A DNA stretch of 64,000 bases, taken from assembly GCA_023138975.1 (NCBI GenBank), contig JAGLON010000018.1, positions 160,381-224,380 of the forward strand. Reading direction: 5' to 3'. The stretch comes from Candidatus Zixiibacteriota bacterium. GTDB taxonomy: Bacteria > Zixibacteria > MSB-5A5 > GN15 > JAAZOE01. Below, in pieces: positions 55,078-64,000 of this stretch; position 1 is the first letter of the stretch; the number at the start of each line of letters is the position of its first letter. The notes under the pieces were generated by a model, which had not been told where the DNA came from, ran no database searches, and saw only the letters and a list, made by a program, of their open reading frames with translations. The translations under genes and the position numbers were made by a program.

Positions 55078-56901
55078 ATGCGAATGATTTTACTGTTTAC
55101 TGTACTGTTAATAGCAACTCCGATTTTATCCGAAGATATCGTTGACAGCGTTGTCCAGATGGATGATGTGGTCGTTACCGGTTCGCGTACTCCGATTGTA
55201 AATTCAGAATTGGCGCGCAGTGTGGTTGTTATCAGCCGGAATGAAATAGCCAATTCGCCGGCCCGGTCGGTTGAGGATATAATTGCGCAGGCGGGAGGGG
55301 TTGATATAAGGCGCCGGGGTGCGGCTGGGGTTCAGTCAGACCTGAGCATTCGCGGGACGACGTTTGAGCAAACGCTTATTCTAATTGACGGCATTAAAGT
55401 AAACGATCCGCAAACCGGACATCACAACGGTGATATTCCGGTATCTTTGGATGAGATCGAAAAGATTGAAGTCCTCAAGGGTCCGGCTTCAAGACTCTAC
55501 GGCCCCAATGCCATGGGGGGAGTTGTTAATATTATTACAGCGGATAGTTCCGGCCGGAAGATAACAGTGGAATCATCAGCCGGCGATTTTGGGTTATTTG
55601 AGCGGCGCTTATCGATGATGTATCCTTCGGGCGCGGTGAGCCATAAGTTATCGGTCTCCAAACGAAACTCAACCGGGCATCTGAACAACACCGAGTTTGA
55701 TATCCTGAATGTTTCCTATAATTCCCAGCTTACAATTCAACCGGGTAAGATTAATTTATCGGCTCGCTACTCGGACAAAGATTTTGGCGCGCATAGTTTT
55801 TATTCCGATAGATTCCCAGATGAGTATGAATCCACTGAAACGATGTTCTTTTCCGGCAGTGCCGATTTACTATTAGGAAAAATAAAGATTAATCCTCGAC
55901 TGTTCTGGAAACAGCACAAGGACGATTTTATCCTCGACCGCAACCGCCCCGATTGGTACCGCAATAAACATACGACTGATATGTACGGAGGTGAATTACA
56001 GGCCAGCATAATGATGACCAAAATGGTTTTTTCGTTTGGCGGAGAACTGGCCGCTGAGGAAATCGAAAGTACCAATCTGAAAAATCATTATCGTAATCGC
56101 TATGGTGTCTTTGCCGAGGTTTCTTATTTACCGACCAGAAGATTATCAGTTGTCACCGGAGTATCATTGTTCGGGTATTCGACCTATCCTCTCAAAGCAT
56201 GGCCCGGGATAGATATCGGGTATCAATTATCAGGATCTTTGCGGCTTTACAGCTCGGCAGGAAAATCGTTCAGGGTCCCGACCTTTACCGATTTGTATTA
56301 TTCTTCACCAGCCAATAACGGGAATGAAAATCTATATCCCGAGCAAAGCTGGACGTATGAATTCGGCGCCAAATATAACCGTGGAGCATTGTCTCTCAAC
56401 CCTGCTGTATTCCATCGTGAAGGCCGTAACATGATCGATTATATCTGGCTCGAAGAAAATTCGCTCTGGCAGGCGGAGAATATATCAAGTTCCACGACTC
56501 GCGGCATTGAGTTGAACGCTCGTTTAAAGACAGAGCTATTATTTGACTCGTCACCGATATCGTACATAAATTTTCACTATGCGTTTCTGGAAACCGAGTG
56601 GGATGCCGGAGGCTTTGATTCCAAGTATTTACTCGAACATCTCAAACATCAAATAGTCTTTGATGCGGCATCGGTCGAGGTTTACTCTATCTCAAATTAT
56701 TGGCGGTTAAGATATCAGGATAGATTTGGCGGCGAAAAGTATCTGATTGCAGACACTAGATTAAACTGGATGTATGGCAGCCTAAAACTATCTCTGGATG
56801 TGACCAATGTTTTTGATAAAGAATACAGCGAAATCGGAACTATTCCGATGCCGGGTCGCTGGCTTCGTGCCGGTTTGAAATATAGCTTATCTATAGATTA
56901 A
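55078..56901 (+). CDS. TonB-dependent outer-membrane receptor (BtuB-size)
   Basis: Signal peptide MRMILLFTVLLIATPILS. Plug motifs DDVVVTGSRTP and IEVLKGPASRLYGPNAMGGVVNII. C-terminal LRAGLKYSLSID. ATG at 55078 preferred over the TTG at 55048. Confidence 0.85.
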   Translation: MRMILLFTVLLIATPILSEDIVDSVVQMDDVVVTGSRTPIVNSELARSVVVISRNEIANSPARSVEDIIAQAGGVDIRRRGAAGVQSDLSIRGTTFEQTLILIDGIKVNDPQTGHHNGDIPVSLDEIEKIEVLKGPASRLYGPNAMGGVVNIITADSSGRKITVESSAGDFGLFERRLSMMYPSGAVSHKLSVSKRNSTGHLNNTEFDILNVSYNSQLTIQPGKINLSARYSDKDFGAHSFYSDRFPDEYESTETMFFSGSADLLLGKIKINPRLFWKQHKDDFILDRNRPDWYRNKHTTDMYGGELQASIMMTKMVFSFGGELAAEEIESTNLKNHYRNRYGVFAEVSYLPTRRLSVVTGVSLFGYSTYPLKAWPGIDIGYQLSGSLRLYSSAGKSFRVPTFTDLYYSSPANNGNENLYPEQSWTYEFGAKYNRGALSLNPAVFHREGRNMIDYIWLEENSLWQAENISSSTTRGIELNARLKTELLFDSSPISYINFHYAFLETEWDAGGFDSKYLLEHLKHQIVFDAASVEVYSISNYWRLRYQDRFGGEKYLIADTRLNWMYGSLKLSLDVTNVFDKEYSEIGTIPMPGRWLRAGLKYSLSID

Positions 56902-56919
56902 TGTTAAAGGCAGAAAAGA

Positions 56920-58050
56920 TCAGTTAACCGGCAAGGCTAACTTTTCCTTCCATGGAGTCAACACCTGGCGAGGGTTACCGTCCTCATCATAGAAGCCGGT
57001 GTCTTTCCATAGCTTGTTGATATCATCCGGCGAACCAAGCCATTCCCATAGTTCGTCGTAATCCCTCAGCACAAAATTAATAATAAACTCAGCCTCGACT
57101 GCGTCGCACCGGTTAAACAGGGTGTCAAAAAAATCTACCTGTTTGCTTTCGCTGCCGTTGAAAAATAAAGATCCCCCTTGAAGGGAAAATGTGTCGGAGG
57201 GAAAACTTGTTTCACATACCGCAATCGGTTTGGTACTGAGGGCAAAGATATTATCGAATACCGAGCCGGGGAGACTGTCGGCCATAAAGACACTTATCAT
57301 AGTATGCAGCGAAAGACCAAAATAGTCGGTATAATTGATGATGTCATTGAAACCGCTCATTTGGTCGGCGTGATTGGCTCCGGTGTAGCCTTTGACTAAA
57401 TCCATACCGGTGAATGAGAGCATGATCGGCAGATCGGGATATTCGGTTTTCAATCTTGGGTAAACATACTTATGCAGCTCGGCATAGGCGTCCCATTGTG
57501 TCAGCGTCGGGTCAGTGTCGATTAGCAGGTTTACCTCAATGCCAATACAGCAATAATCCGGATTGAAGAAATCAATTGCTCGACGGCAATAGTTCAAGTA
57601 AGCCGCCTTGACGCTGTCATGATCAAAGGTATATGTGTCCCAGGGAGAAGGAAGCGGCATATCGGCGGTTTCACCTCTGTACGGCGCAATCGTATCACGG
57701 GTGATTGCTATTGGTGTTATCGACAGGAAAGTTTTGTGTGTTGCGGGCGTCGCGTTTTTTCGACCGTTCCAGTCGTCCATGATGTTGACATGGAACGAAT
57801 CGCCGTGCAAAGCCTCCGGCCAGGGAACACCGTCATCCAAATGATGCGATATTATATCGGCATCTGTTTCAAGTTTACTGTACACATACTCAAGCGCTTG
57901 GATATTGACCGCATGCGGAAGTGGTGTGAAACCGAGATAGTACGAACGGGTTTGACCCGGAGGAGGCGGTTCCGTCGGTGAACTATCATCGCCGCACGAA
58001 GATAGCAATAGTATTATTAGTACGCTGAAGGAAAAGTTAATTACTCGCAA
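56920..58050 (-). CDS. lipoprotein, possible clan GH-A (TIM-barrel) glycoside-hydrolase-like protein
   Basis: TTG start at 58050 after AGGAG gives MRVINFSFSVLIILLLSSCG (lipobox). CIGIEVN and AVCETSFPS resemble acid/base and nucleophile Glu contexts. The functional call is weak. Confidence 0.5.
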   Translation of the reverse strand: MRVINFSFSVLIILLLSSCGDDSSPTEPPPPGQTRSYYLGFTPLPHAVNIQALEYVYSKLETDADIISHHLDDGVPWPEALHGDSFHVNIMDDWNGRKNATPATHKTFLSITPIAITRDTIAPYRGETADMPLPSPWDTYTFDHDSVKAAYLNYCRRAIDFFNPDYCCIGIEVNLLIDTDPTLTQWDAYAELHKYVYPRLKTEYPDLPIMLSFTGMDLVKGYTGANHADQMSGFNDIINYTDYFGLSLHTMISVFMADSLPGSVFDNIFALSTKPIAVCETSFPSDTFSLQGGSLFFNGSESKQVDFFDTLFNRCDAVEAEFIINFVLRDYDELWEWLGSPDDINKLWKDTGFYDEDGNPRQVLTPWKEKLALPVN

Positions 58051-58134
58051 AGTGACTCCTAAAATAGTTTTCGGTTTTTCAAAATCAGGCCATGTAATAT
58101 CCTGATGGCTGCTCCTTTGATGATTTGCTTGCAC

Positions 58135-58527
58135 TTAGCTGGAATAGTAAACAATAGCTTCACAAAAGACTACTATTACTCCCATGACAAATACAACTGG
58201 AAGGATTTGTTTCTTATTCATTTTCAATCTTTGCCAAATAAATGCGGGGCGATCAGCAAATATTCCATTAGAGAAAGTCATGTATTGATAAATAAATCCT
58301 GAAAGCATTAAGCCAGCCCAAGGAATAGCAGCAATCCAAAATAGGATCATCATTATTATAGTCGGAGCCTCCTCCGAAACAATTCCGATTCGTATCATCA
58401 AATATATGTTAGTGATGAAAACACCCACTATAATTGGTGTTTTATTGAGTATAGGAACAACTACTCGTAGGATTCCTACCTCTTCAACATCATCCAAATC
58501 TCGGCACATACTCGGATCCATATACAT
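58135..58527 (-). CDS. small multi-pass membrane protein (paralogue of the upstream gene)
   Basis: 130 aa. GILRVVVPILNK matches GLLRITYPILKI in the neighbour. AT-rich. Start uncertain (overlaps the neighbour by 38 nt). Confidence 0.5.
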   Translation of the reverse strand: MYMDPSMCRDLDDVEEVGILRVVVPILNKTPIIVGVFITNIYLMIRIGIVSEEAPTIIMMILFWIAAIPWAGLMLSGFIYQYMTFSNGIFADRPAFIWQRLKMNKKQILPVVFVMGVIVVFCEAIVYYSS

Positions 58528-58906
58528 ACATGAGAATTAGACCAAAGGTTAAACTGCAAAGCATTATCATTATTAACGATAAAACCACATGTTTTATAAT
58601 CGGAAAATAACGACCAGTATCAAACATATTAAAGATATTTTTTCCTGAGTGAATACTTATGATAAAATCAATGAGACATATCGCACCAAGGATTAGAAGA
58701 ATTCCATTTCCGTATAGTTTCCCAATACTGCTTAGTTCTTCAGGATATGTAGCGCCCTGTCGGGTTAATTCTCTCAAAAAGTGATTATATAGTATAATCG
58801 GGCCGAATATCCACCCCTGAATTTTAAGTATAGGGTAGGTTATACGAAGAAGTCCCTGGTCTTTGACTTTATCTGATTCGCAAATTTGGTCTTCTTGTAA
58901 TGGCAT
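58490..58906 (-). CDS. small multi-pass membrane protein
   Basis: 138 aa with 3-4 hydrophobic helices; AT-rich. Confidence 0.5.
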   Translation of the reverse strand: MPLQEDQICESDKVKDQGLLRITYPILKIQGWIFGPIILYNHFLRELTRQGATYPEELSSIGKLYGNGILLILGAICLIDFIISIHSGKNIFNMFDTGRYFPIIKHVVLSLIMIMLCSLTFGLILMYVYGSEYVPRFG

Positions 58907-58961
58907 ATTTATTTATTATAGTGAGAAATCAGCTCACTAAAAATACAAAAAACTATTTCCT

Positions 58962-59150
58962 CTACGCCATCCGGCTCTGGCCGATGCCAAGAATCTTATG
59001 GCAGTGAGGGCAGAAATAGATCACGTTTTTGCCGACAAAAAGACCCAGTCCTTTGGTGCGGTAATACATATGATTGAGTTCATTGCTGCAATGAGGGCAT
59101 ATCGGCGCGATATCCTCTCTTTTGGATAGCTGTAAAGTTTGAATTGACAT
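58962..59150 (-). CDS. 62-aa zinc-ribbon protein (two CxxC pairs)
   Basis: CPHCSNEL ... CPHCHKIL. ATG at 59150 is preceded by GGAG; the ORF-track start at 59162 overlaps the RBS. Confidence 0.55.
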   Translation of the reverse strand: MSIQTLQLSKREDIAPICPHCSNELNHMYYRTKGLGLFVGKNVIYFCPHCHKILGIGQSRMA

Positions 59151-59235
59151 AATACACTCCAATAATCCATAGACTTACTTTATATACATATTGAAGATTT
59201 GTTTATTCAAAGAATTGACGGAATAAATGGGGGCG

Positions 59236-59664
59236 TTAGTTTTCCGATGAAAAGTTATAACTTATGATTTTAAAATGATCTTCGGAATTGGCCCGGTACA
59301 TGATCAGAGTCTCGTATGATAGAGTATCTGAGTAAAGAACCTTGTACTGCAGGGTAACAAAAATTCCCGATAGAGGATTGTTTCCTAATTGCTTATTGAC
59401 GTGCCATCCGCTGAGTTCATACGATTCCAGAGTACCCAGCGTGTCTTTAATGGCAGGGAAAATCAGACGTACTTTACTTTCCGATGTTTCCTTAAAGAAT
59501 TCCGGCGAGATATGAACTATAATACCGTTTATATCGTCAGCTTTGACCGACTCATAAAACGCCGCGGCGATCTGAGCCGCCTCATTGCGGTCATTTGTAA
59601 ATCCGCATCCGGCTGCCATAACTATAGTTAAGGCACAGACGAGAAAGCGGGTAGAGATTTTCAT
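59236..59664 (-). CDS. hypothetical lipoprotein
   Basis: MKISTRFLVCALTIVMAAGCG lipobox. ATG at 59664, 11 nt after GGAG. Confidence 0.6.
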   Translation of the reverse strand: MKISTRFLVCALTIVMAAGCGFTNDRNEAAQIAAAFYESVKADDINGIIVHISPEFFKETSESKVRLIFPAIKDTLGTLESYELSGWHVNKQLGNNPLSGIFVTLQYKVLYSDTLSYETLIMYRANSEDHFKIISYNFSSEN

Positions 59665-59777
59665 TTTGGTCCTCACTCCTGCAGTAACTGGTAGACAGCA
59701 AGAGAATAATAGATAATATTAATCTGTCAAGGGGTATTTATTGAGAAAATGAAAACCGAAAGCGGTTAATTATGTTT

Positions 59778-60200
59778 TCAATCTTTTGGCAGGGAGTAGT
59801 AAAACTCGGCTTTGGCGCAGGCTTCATAGGCATCGGATAATAGTTTTCCCTCAACGCCGACGTTGTCATAGGGATGCTCATCAATATGAATTACCGGTTT
59901 CCAATCCGGATTACCGACTGATTCGGCAAAGGCCAGGGTCATCTTTTTTATAATGATTTGCTTAACTGAGCGTTTCAGGCGGGGACAGTAAAGCATGAAA
60001 TGCAGATATGGGCGGCTCTCGCCGCCGTTCCAAATTTTCCCACCAATAGAAACTTCGCCCGAATTGTACTCATTAAAATGAATAGCGAAGATATCGGCTC
60101 CCATCCCGGTCGCTTCGGAGAAGATAATCGTCAGCTTTTCAGCCAAAGCTGTTTTTGTCTCAGCAGTGGTCTGAGGCATAGTGATTTCGAGACACGGCAT
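59778..60200 (-). CDS. tautomerase-superfamily (4-OT/MIF-like) protein
   Basis: N-terminal Met-Pro (MPCLEITMP), consistent with a catalytic Pro1; 140 aa. Confidence 0.55.
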   Translation of the reverse strand: MPCLEITMPQTTAETKTALAEKLTIIFSEATGMGADIFAIHFNEYNSGEVSIGGKIWNGGESRPYLHFMLYCPRLKRSVKQIIIKKMTLAFAESVGNPDWKPVIHIDEHPYDNVGVEGKLLSDAYEACAKAEFYYSLPKD

Positions 60201-60273
60201 GGTCTGTTACTCCTTTAATCTAATTGAAATCCCACCGGCATACAATAATTATCGGCCATGATTGGCAATATGA

Positions 60274-60789
60274 TTACTCCGCAGATTTTCGGGAGAGTGC
60301 CCTGATGATTTCTCCGACATAGACGCGATGGTAGTCATTGTTGTACTCGGTATCAATCTTCGGGTCGAGGAAATTAGCCGGATCGATATCCTGATAATAA
60401 ATTTTTCTGCATTCCAGTACTATACGAGCTTCTTCAAAATAGACTGACCCCGCTTCGGTTTCAATTGGCGTTAGACCAATGCCGGAGATTTTATCGATAT
60501 CCCGGCCGGACTTGGTTCCGCATAGTTTTAGTACATCACGGTATTTCTTATCAAAAAAACTCAGCGTGAAAGTATCATGCTTTTCCATAAATTTGTAGGT
60601 GTAACGCTGGGGACGAACATAGCAGTAGGCGACTTTCTTGTGCCACAGCTCTCCCAATGTCCCGTAACTGGCGGTCATGGTATTGAATGACTTAAGCGTT
60701 CCGGCGGTTATTAGCATCCAGTCAGAGCCGATGAGTTGAAACGGGTTGTCTTTAATGAGTGACGGATCTATGGGTAAAAGTCTATTCAT
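60274..60789 (-). CDS. flavin reductase-like (FMN-binding split-barrel) protein
   Basis: 171 aa; IGSDWMLITAG...NTMTASYGTLG pattern. Confidence 0.6.
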   Translation of the reverse strand: MNRLLPIDPSLIKDNPFQLIGSDWMLITAGTLKSFNTMTASYGTLGELWHKKVAYCYVRPQRYTYKFMEKHDTFTLSFFDKKYRDVLKLCGTKSGRDIDKISGIGLTPIETEAGSVYFEEARIVLECRKIYYQDIDPANFLDPKIDTEYNNDYHRVYVGEIIRALSRKSAE

Positions 60790-60918
60790 ACGGTTTTCTC
60801 CTTTGTCAGCCTAAATAAAAGAGTACGGGTATTAAAGAAGATGAGCAACTTGAAACAGCTTTGATTTATTATTTAATGTCAATTACGCCCGGGAAGGGCG
60901 CAATTGAGTATCTTTTAA

Positions 60919-62232
60919 TTAACTATCCCGCCGGGATAATATAGTTGCTCCAATAGCGAACGTCAGGGTGCCGATGCCGATCAACATGCCCAGAGGCATA
61001 AGCATATCGGAGAATGTGAAATTGCGCCAGACACCGCCTTCGATAGCGAGAATACCCCATTTGACCGGACTAAAGTGGCTGATTGTCACCAGCCAGCCGG
61101 GCATGAACATTAGCGGAATCATACCTCCGCCGGTCATGGCCGAAACAAGCAGTATCCCCCAGGAGGCTCCGCCGACCGATTCTTCGGTTTTTCCAATAGT
61201 GCTCACAAGCATTGATATTCCAACAAAACAGTATGATGTCGCTATAACGGCGATTAGCAGGATGACCGGATTGCCGATACGTACTCCGAAAACAAGGTTT
61301 CCGAACAACAACAATATGATTGTAACTACTAAGCTGGATAGAAAACAGGCCAGACCCTTTCCGGCCAGGATTTGCATGCGGGAAATTGGAGCTAATCTTA
61401 AACGGAGAAAGGTTCCCGCAGTGCGTTCTTTGACAATCGATACCGCAAAAGCCGAGGCGATACCGATTAATGCCCAGAGCATTGATGAAGGGAATGTTAT
61501 TTCAAACGACGAACGGGGTCCGGCCTCATCATTGGTTATGGTTGTCATCTTCATCGGGAAAAGATTAAAACCATCCTCTTTCTTAGCCTCTGCCGTCGTT
61601 CCGGCGCTGTCCGATGTGGTATCCGATGTGCCTGTTTCGCCACTGGTTGAAATATAATGAGATAGTTCTTTGAAGCTACCTATAATACTTCTGCCAATTT
61701 CTTCTGTCCCTGGAGGGGCTTTCTCCCAGAAACTGGTATCGGCCAACAGAGAATCCATACCCATACGCCATGATTCCGGATCGGCATATCTTTTTTGCAG
61801 AAGCCTAAAATGCGACTGTGTTAAAAGTCCCTGAAGATATCCCACGGTCATTTTACGCGACGGATCAACACCGATTTCAATCATAGCCGAATCAGTGAAC
61901 ATGCCCAGGGTTTGGCCAAAGCCTTTTTTTATTGTTACGACGGCTGACAATTTACCGCGTCGTACTTTATCAATAGCGCTGTCAGCCGGTATTCTTGATA
62001 CCTGCAGAGAGGATAGTCCGCTCAGCTCTTCAGCGAAAGCGATGGAATAATCGGTGCTATCGGTGTCAACAACGGCGATTTTCATTCCGCTGGGACCGCC
62101 ACCGCCTCCGGAGAATATACTTCCAAAAAATAAAGCGACAAGTAGAGGGAAGAACAAGACCCAGAAAACGGAACCTTTATCCCGAGAAAGGACTTTCAGG
62201 TCTTTGAGCGCAAGTGTGATTATTTTACCCAT
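60919..62232 (-). CDS. ABC-2 type transporter permease
   Basis: N-terminal TM, large extracytoplasmic loop with a Ser/Thr-rich linker, five C-terminal TM helices. ATGA overlap with the ATPase gene. Confidence 0.8.
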   Translation of the reverse strand: MGKIITLALKDLKVLSRDKGSVFWVLFFPLLVALFFGSIFSGGGGGPSGMKIAVVDTDSTDYSIAFAEELSGLSSLQVSRIPADSAIDKVRRGKLSAVVTIKKGFGQTLGMFTDSAMIEIGVDPSRKMTVGYLQGLLTQSHFRLLQKRYADPESWRMGMDSLLADTSFWEKAPPGTEEIGRSIIGSFKELSHYISTSGETGTSDTTSDSAGTTAEAKKEDGFNLFPMKMTTITNDEAGPRSSFEITFPSSMLWALIGIASAFAVSIVKERTAGTFLRLRLAPISRMQILAGKGLACFLSSLVVTIILLLFGNLVFGVRIGNPVILLIAVIATSYCFVGISMLVSTIGKTEESVGGASWGILLVSAMTGGGMIPLMFMPGWLVTISHFSPVKWGILAIEGGVWRNFTFSDMLMPLGMLIGIGTLTFAIGATILSRRDS

Positions 62233-63122
62233 CAGTCTCTTAGGCTCCTTCCCGTTATGTTCAAAAACACCGTTTCCAGATCCGGTTGGTCGATACGAAG
62301 CTGACGTAAAGTATGGCCGTTGCGAGTGAGTTTGGCCAAGTCTTCCATCGGTTTTTCGGTTTCGATCCGAACTGTATTACCCTCAAATTCTCCCGGCAAT
62401 CCTGAAATATCATCAGGAAGAGATTCATATTCTGCTTCTATCAAGGCTGGCCCGCCGTATTGTTTGGTCAAGTCTCTAACCGTACCGAGGTCAAGAATCT
62501 TTCCATGGTCGATGATGGCGACCTCATCGCAGAGGCGCTCAGCTTCTTCCATATAATGAGTTGTATAGACAATCGTGCGCCCCTGAGCCTTCAGGTCCTC
62601 AATACTGTCGAAAATCATATTGCGTGACTGTGGGTCCACTCCGACGGTTGGTTCGTCAAACAGAATTACTGGAGGGTCGTGGATAACAGCACCGGCCATG
62701 TTCAGGCGGCGTTTCATGCCTCCGGAATAAGTACCGACCCTGTCCTTTTGCCGGTCGGTTAACCGTCCGAAGTCGAGTGCCCAATCAACTCGTTCCTTGA
62801 GTTTTGATCCACTAAGTCCATACAGTTTACCAAAAAATTCAAGGTTTTCCCGCCCGCTCAACATATCGTACAGAGCCAATGTCTGAGGAGCATTCCCGAT
62901 ACGTGTGCGGACACTTGATTTGGTCGGGTCGCTATTCCCGTCTATTTCCACCAAACCGGAGTCGGGTTTGAGGAGGCCAACAATTATATTTATCGTCGTC
63001 GTTTTGCCGGCGCCATTTGGCCCCAGCAGGCCGAATACTTCCCCTTTATTAATAGAGAAAGAGACATCATCAACGGCGGTTAATTCACCGAATGATTTTT
63101 TTAGGTTTTTAACGGTTATCAT
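62232..63122 (-). CDS. ABC transporter ATP-binding protein
   Basis: GLLGPNGAGKTTT (Walker A), YSGGMKRRL (signature), ILFDEPTVGVD (Walker B). Confidence 0.9.
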   Translation of the reverse strand: MITVKNLKKSFGELTAVDDVSFSINKGEVFGLLGPNGAGKTTTINIIVGLLKPDSGLVEIDGNSDPTKSSVRTRIGNAPQTLALYDMLSGRENLEFFGKLYGLSGSKLKERVDWALDFGRLTDRQKDRVGTYSGGMKRRLNMAGAVIHDPPVILFDEPTVGVDPQSRNMIFDSIEDLKAQGRTIVYTTHYMEEAERLCDEVAIIDHGKILDLGTVRDLTKQYGGPALIEAEYESLPDDISGLPGEFEGNTVRIETEKPMEDLAKLTRNGHTLRQLRIDQPDLETVFLNITGRSLRD

Positions 63123-63246
63123 ACATCCCTTGCCTTAGAGAAGATTGAAGCTCAGTACTCTGTATTATACTGTAATTTTTTAATTCTCTTGTACCTGATT
63201 GGTATCTAATACGTGAATGTGAACAATTAGTTTCTTCAGCGCAATA

Positions 63247-63286
63247 GAATAAAAGAACCCTCGTATGACTGTCATACAAGGGTTTC
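63247..63286 (-). terminator. rho-independent terminator after the outer-membrane protein gene
   Basis: 13-bp stem aaccctcgtatga / tcatacaagggtt. Minus strand is followed by CTTTTATTC. Confidence 0.6.
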
Positions 63287-63319
63287 TTCACGAAATGGAA
63301 GGATGGGTGTCTTAATTGC

Positions 63320-64000
63320 CTAAAAATCAAAGAAGTTTATCGAAAAATTGAAATCTTTCGTTTTATAATCACTCAACTGCCAACTGAGTTTAGTGGATAG
63401 GTTGAAGATACCCAGCCATGGTGTCAGGTTATGCAGACCGAATCCAATTTCACTGTAAACTTGAGGCGCAATCAGGCCGATTTCTCCGGTTGGTATCATA
63501 GGGCGGTTTTTGTATTCCGACCACATAACCCCACCATGTATTGAGAACCCAACCGGGATTTGTTTGAGAAAGTTTATACCGCTGTTTCGGAACATAAACT
63601 TGCCGAAATCATGTTCGGCGAACAGATACGCCATGCGGTCGCCGACAAAACTGGTATCGGGAAAGGTGATGAGCCCCATCGTTTGATAGATGATCCAATC
63701 CATATAACTGGCAACAAACCTGCTTTGGACGGGAAGGTTGCCGTCGGATGCCCCGGCGAAACCGAATATCGATGTTGTTCCCAGTCCTAACAATTTGAAC
63801 TGACCTTCGACCTGCGCAAAGTAGCGTTTGAAATCAAAATCAGAATTTCCAAAATCGGGTGAGGAGTACTCAATACCCGCTATGCCCTTGATATATTTGG
63901 AGGTCGGTACTATTCTAATGCGGCCTTTATCGTTTATTAGGGGGCGGGAATCAAAGCGGATGGCTGCGCTAACAGAGCGTTTGCTGCCCTCAGTAATCGG
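63320..64000 (-). CDS. 3-prime part of an outer-membrane beta-barrel (Omp85/BamA-like) gene entering from the right edge
   Basis: The reading frame stays open from 63793 to position 64000 (checked codon by codon). Ends ...FNFSINFFDF with a C-terminal Phe, typical of OM beta-barrels. Confidence 0.6.
   Translation of the reverse strand, partial: PITEGSKRSVSAAIRFDSRPLINDKGRIRIVPTSKYIKGIAGIEYSSPDFGNSDFDFKRYFAQVEGQFKLLGLGTTSIFGFAGASDGNLPVQSRFVASYMDWIIYQTMGLITFPDTSFVGDRMAYLFAEHDFGKFMFRNSGINFLKQIPVGFSIHGGVMWSEYKNRPMIPTGEIGLIAPQVYSEIGFGLHNLTPWLGIFNLSTKLSWQLSDYKTKDFNFSINFFDF

Noticed and set aside
60968-61657. Long antisense ORFs inside well-supported genes (60968..61657, 48498..49130, 47824..48318, 38569..39084, 49944..50426, 20038..20499, 26680..27153)
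   Set aside because: Each lies fully opposite a gene with clear family motifs. Their translations are low-complexity or Arg/Ser/Pro-rich, with no start signals.

Overview
64-kb window (about 45% GC) from what looks like an uncultured Gram-negative bacterium. A T9SS-type C-terminal sorting domain, dockerin-like YLINYIF repeats, DUF2723 glycosyltransferases and several sigma-54 components suggest an FCB-group lineage; this is inference only. I support about 60 protein genes and one tRNA-Leu(CAG). No rRNA, CRISPR array, IS element, integrase or prophage is visible. Gene content, left to right: (1) a sigma-54 activator, two tandem type IV pilin genes (one behind a textbook sigma-54 promoter) and a 5-gene glycosylation operon with a DUF2723 GT-C enzyme, GT2, GT4 and two methyltransferases. 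(2) An ArsR-controlled permease/thioredoxin/CcdA cluster. (3) Two large dockerin-bearing secreted proteins and, 7 kb away, a cohesin protein with a T9SS sorting domain behind a second sigma-54 promoter. (4) An HtrA gene plus a catalytically dead HtrA paralogue. (5) Housekeeping genes: ruvX, mltG, gatC, kdsB, pyrG, tmk, inositol-1-phosphate synthase, S41 proteases, a cyclophilin. (6) A second histidine kinase / sigma-54 regulator / GAF operon. (7) MarR plus a TonB-dependent receptor, and an ABC-2 exporter. The most unusual signal is non-coding. Eight intergenic gaps between 22.5 and 46.6 kb (about 4.6 kb in total) are mosaics of at least 14 families of short GC-rich hairpin modules, reused in different order and on both strands. 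Many modules have GTAG/GTGG heads, and two families form REPIN-like inverted doublets. There is also a 3 x 102-bp tandem array. Copies differ by compensatory stem substitutions and by nested small-hairpin insertions, an iterated palindrome GGRCTATAGYCC sits at module junctions, and one mosaic is flanked by a duplicated terminator. No RAYT/IS200-IS605 transposase lies in the window. All functional calls come from reading motifs by eye; nothing was searched against databases.
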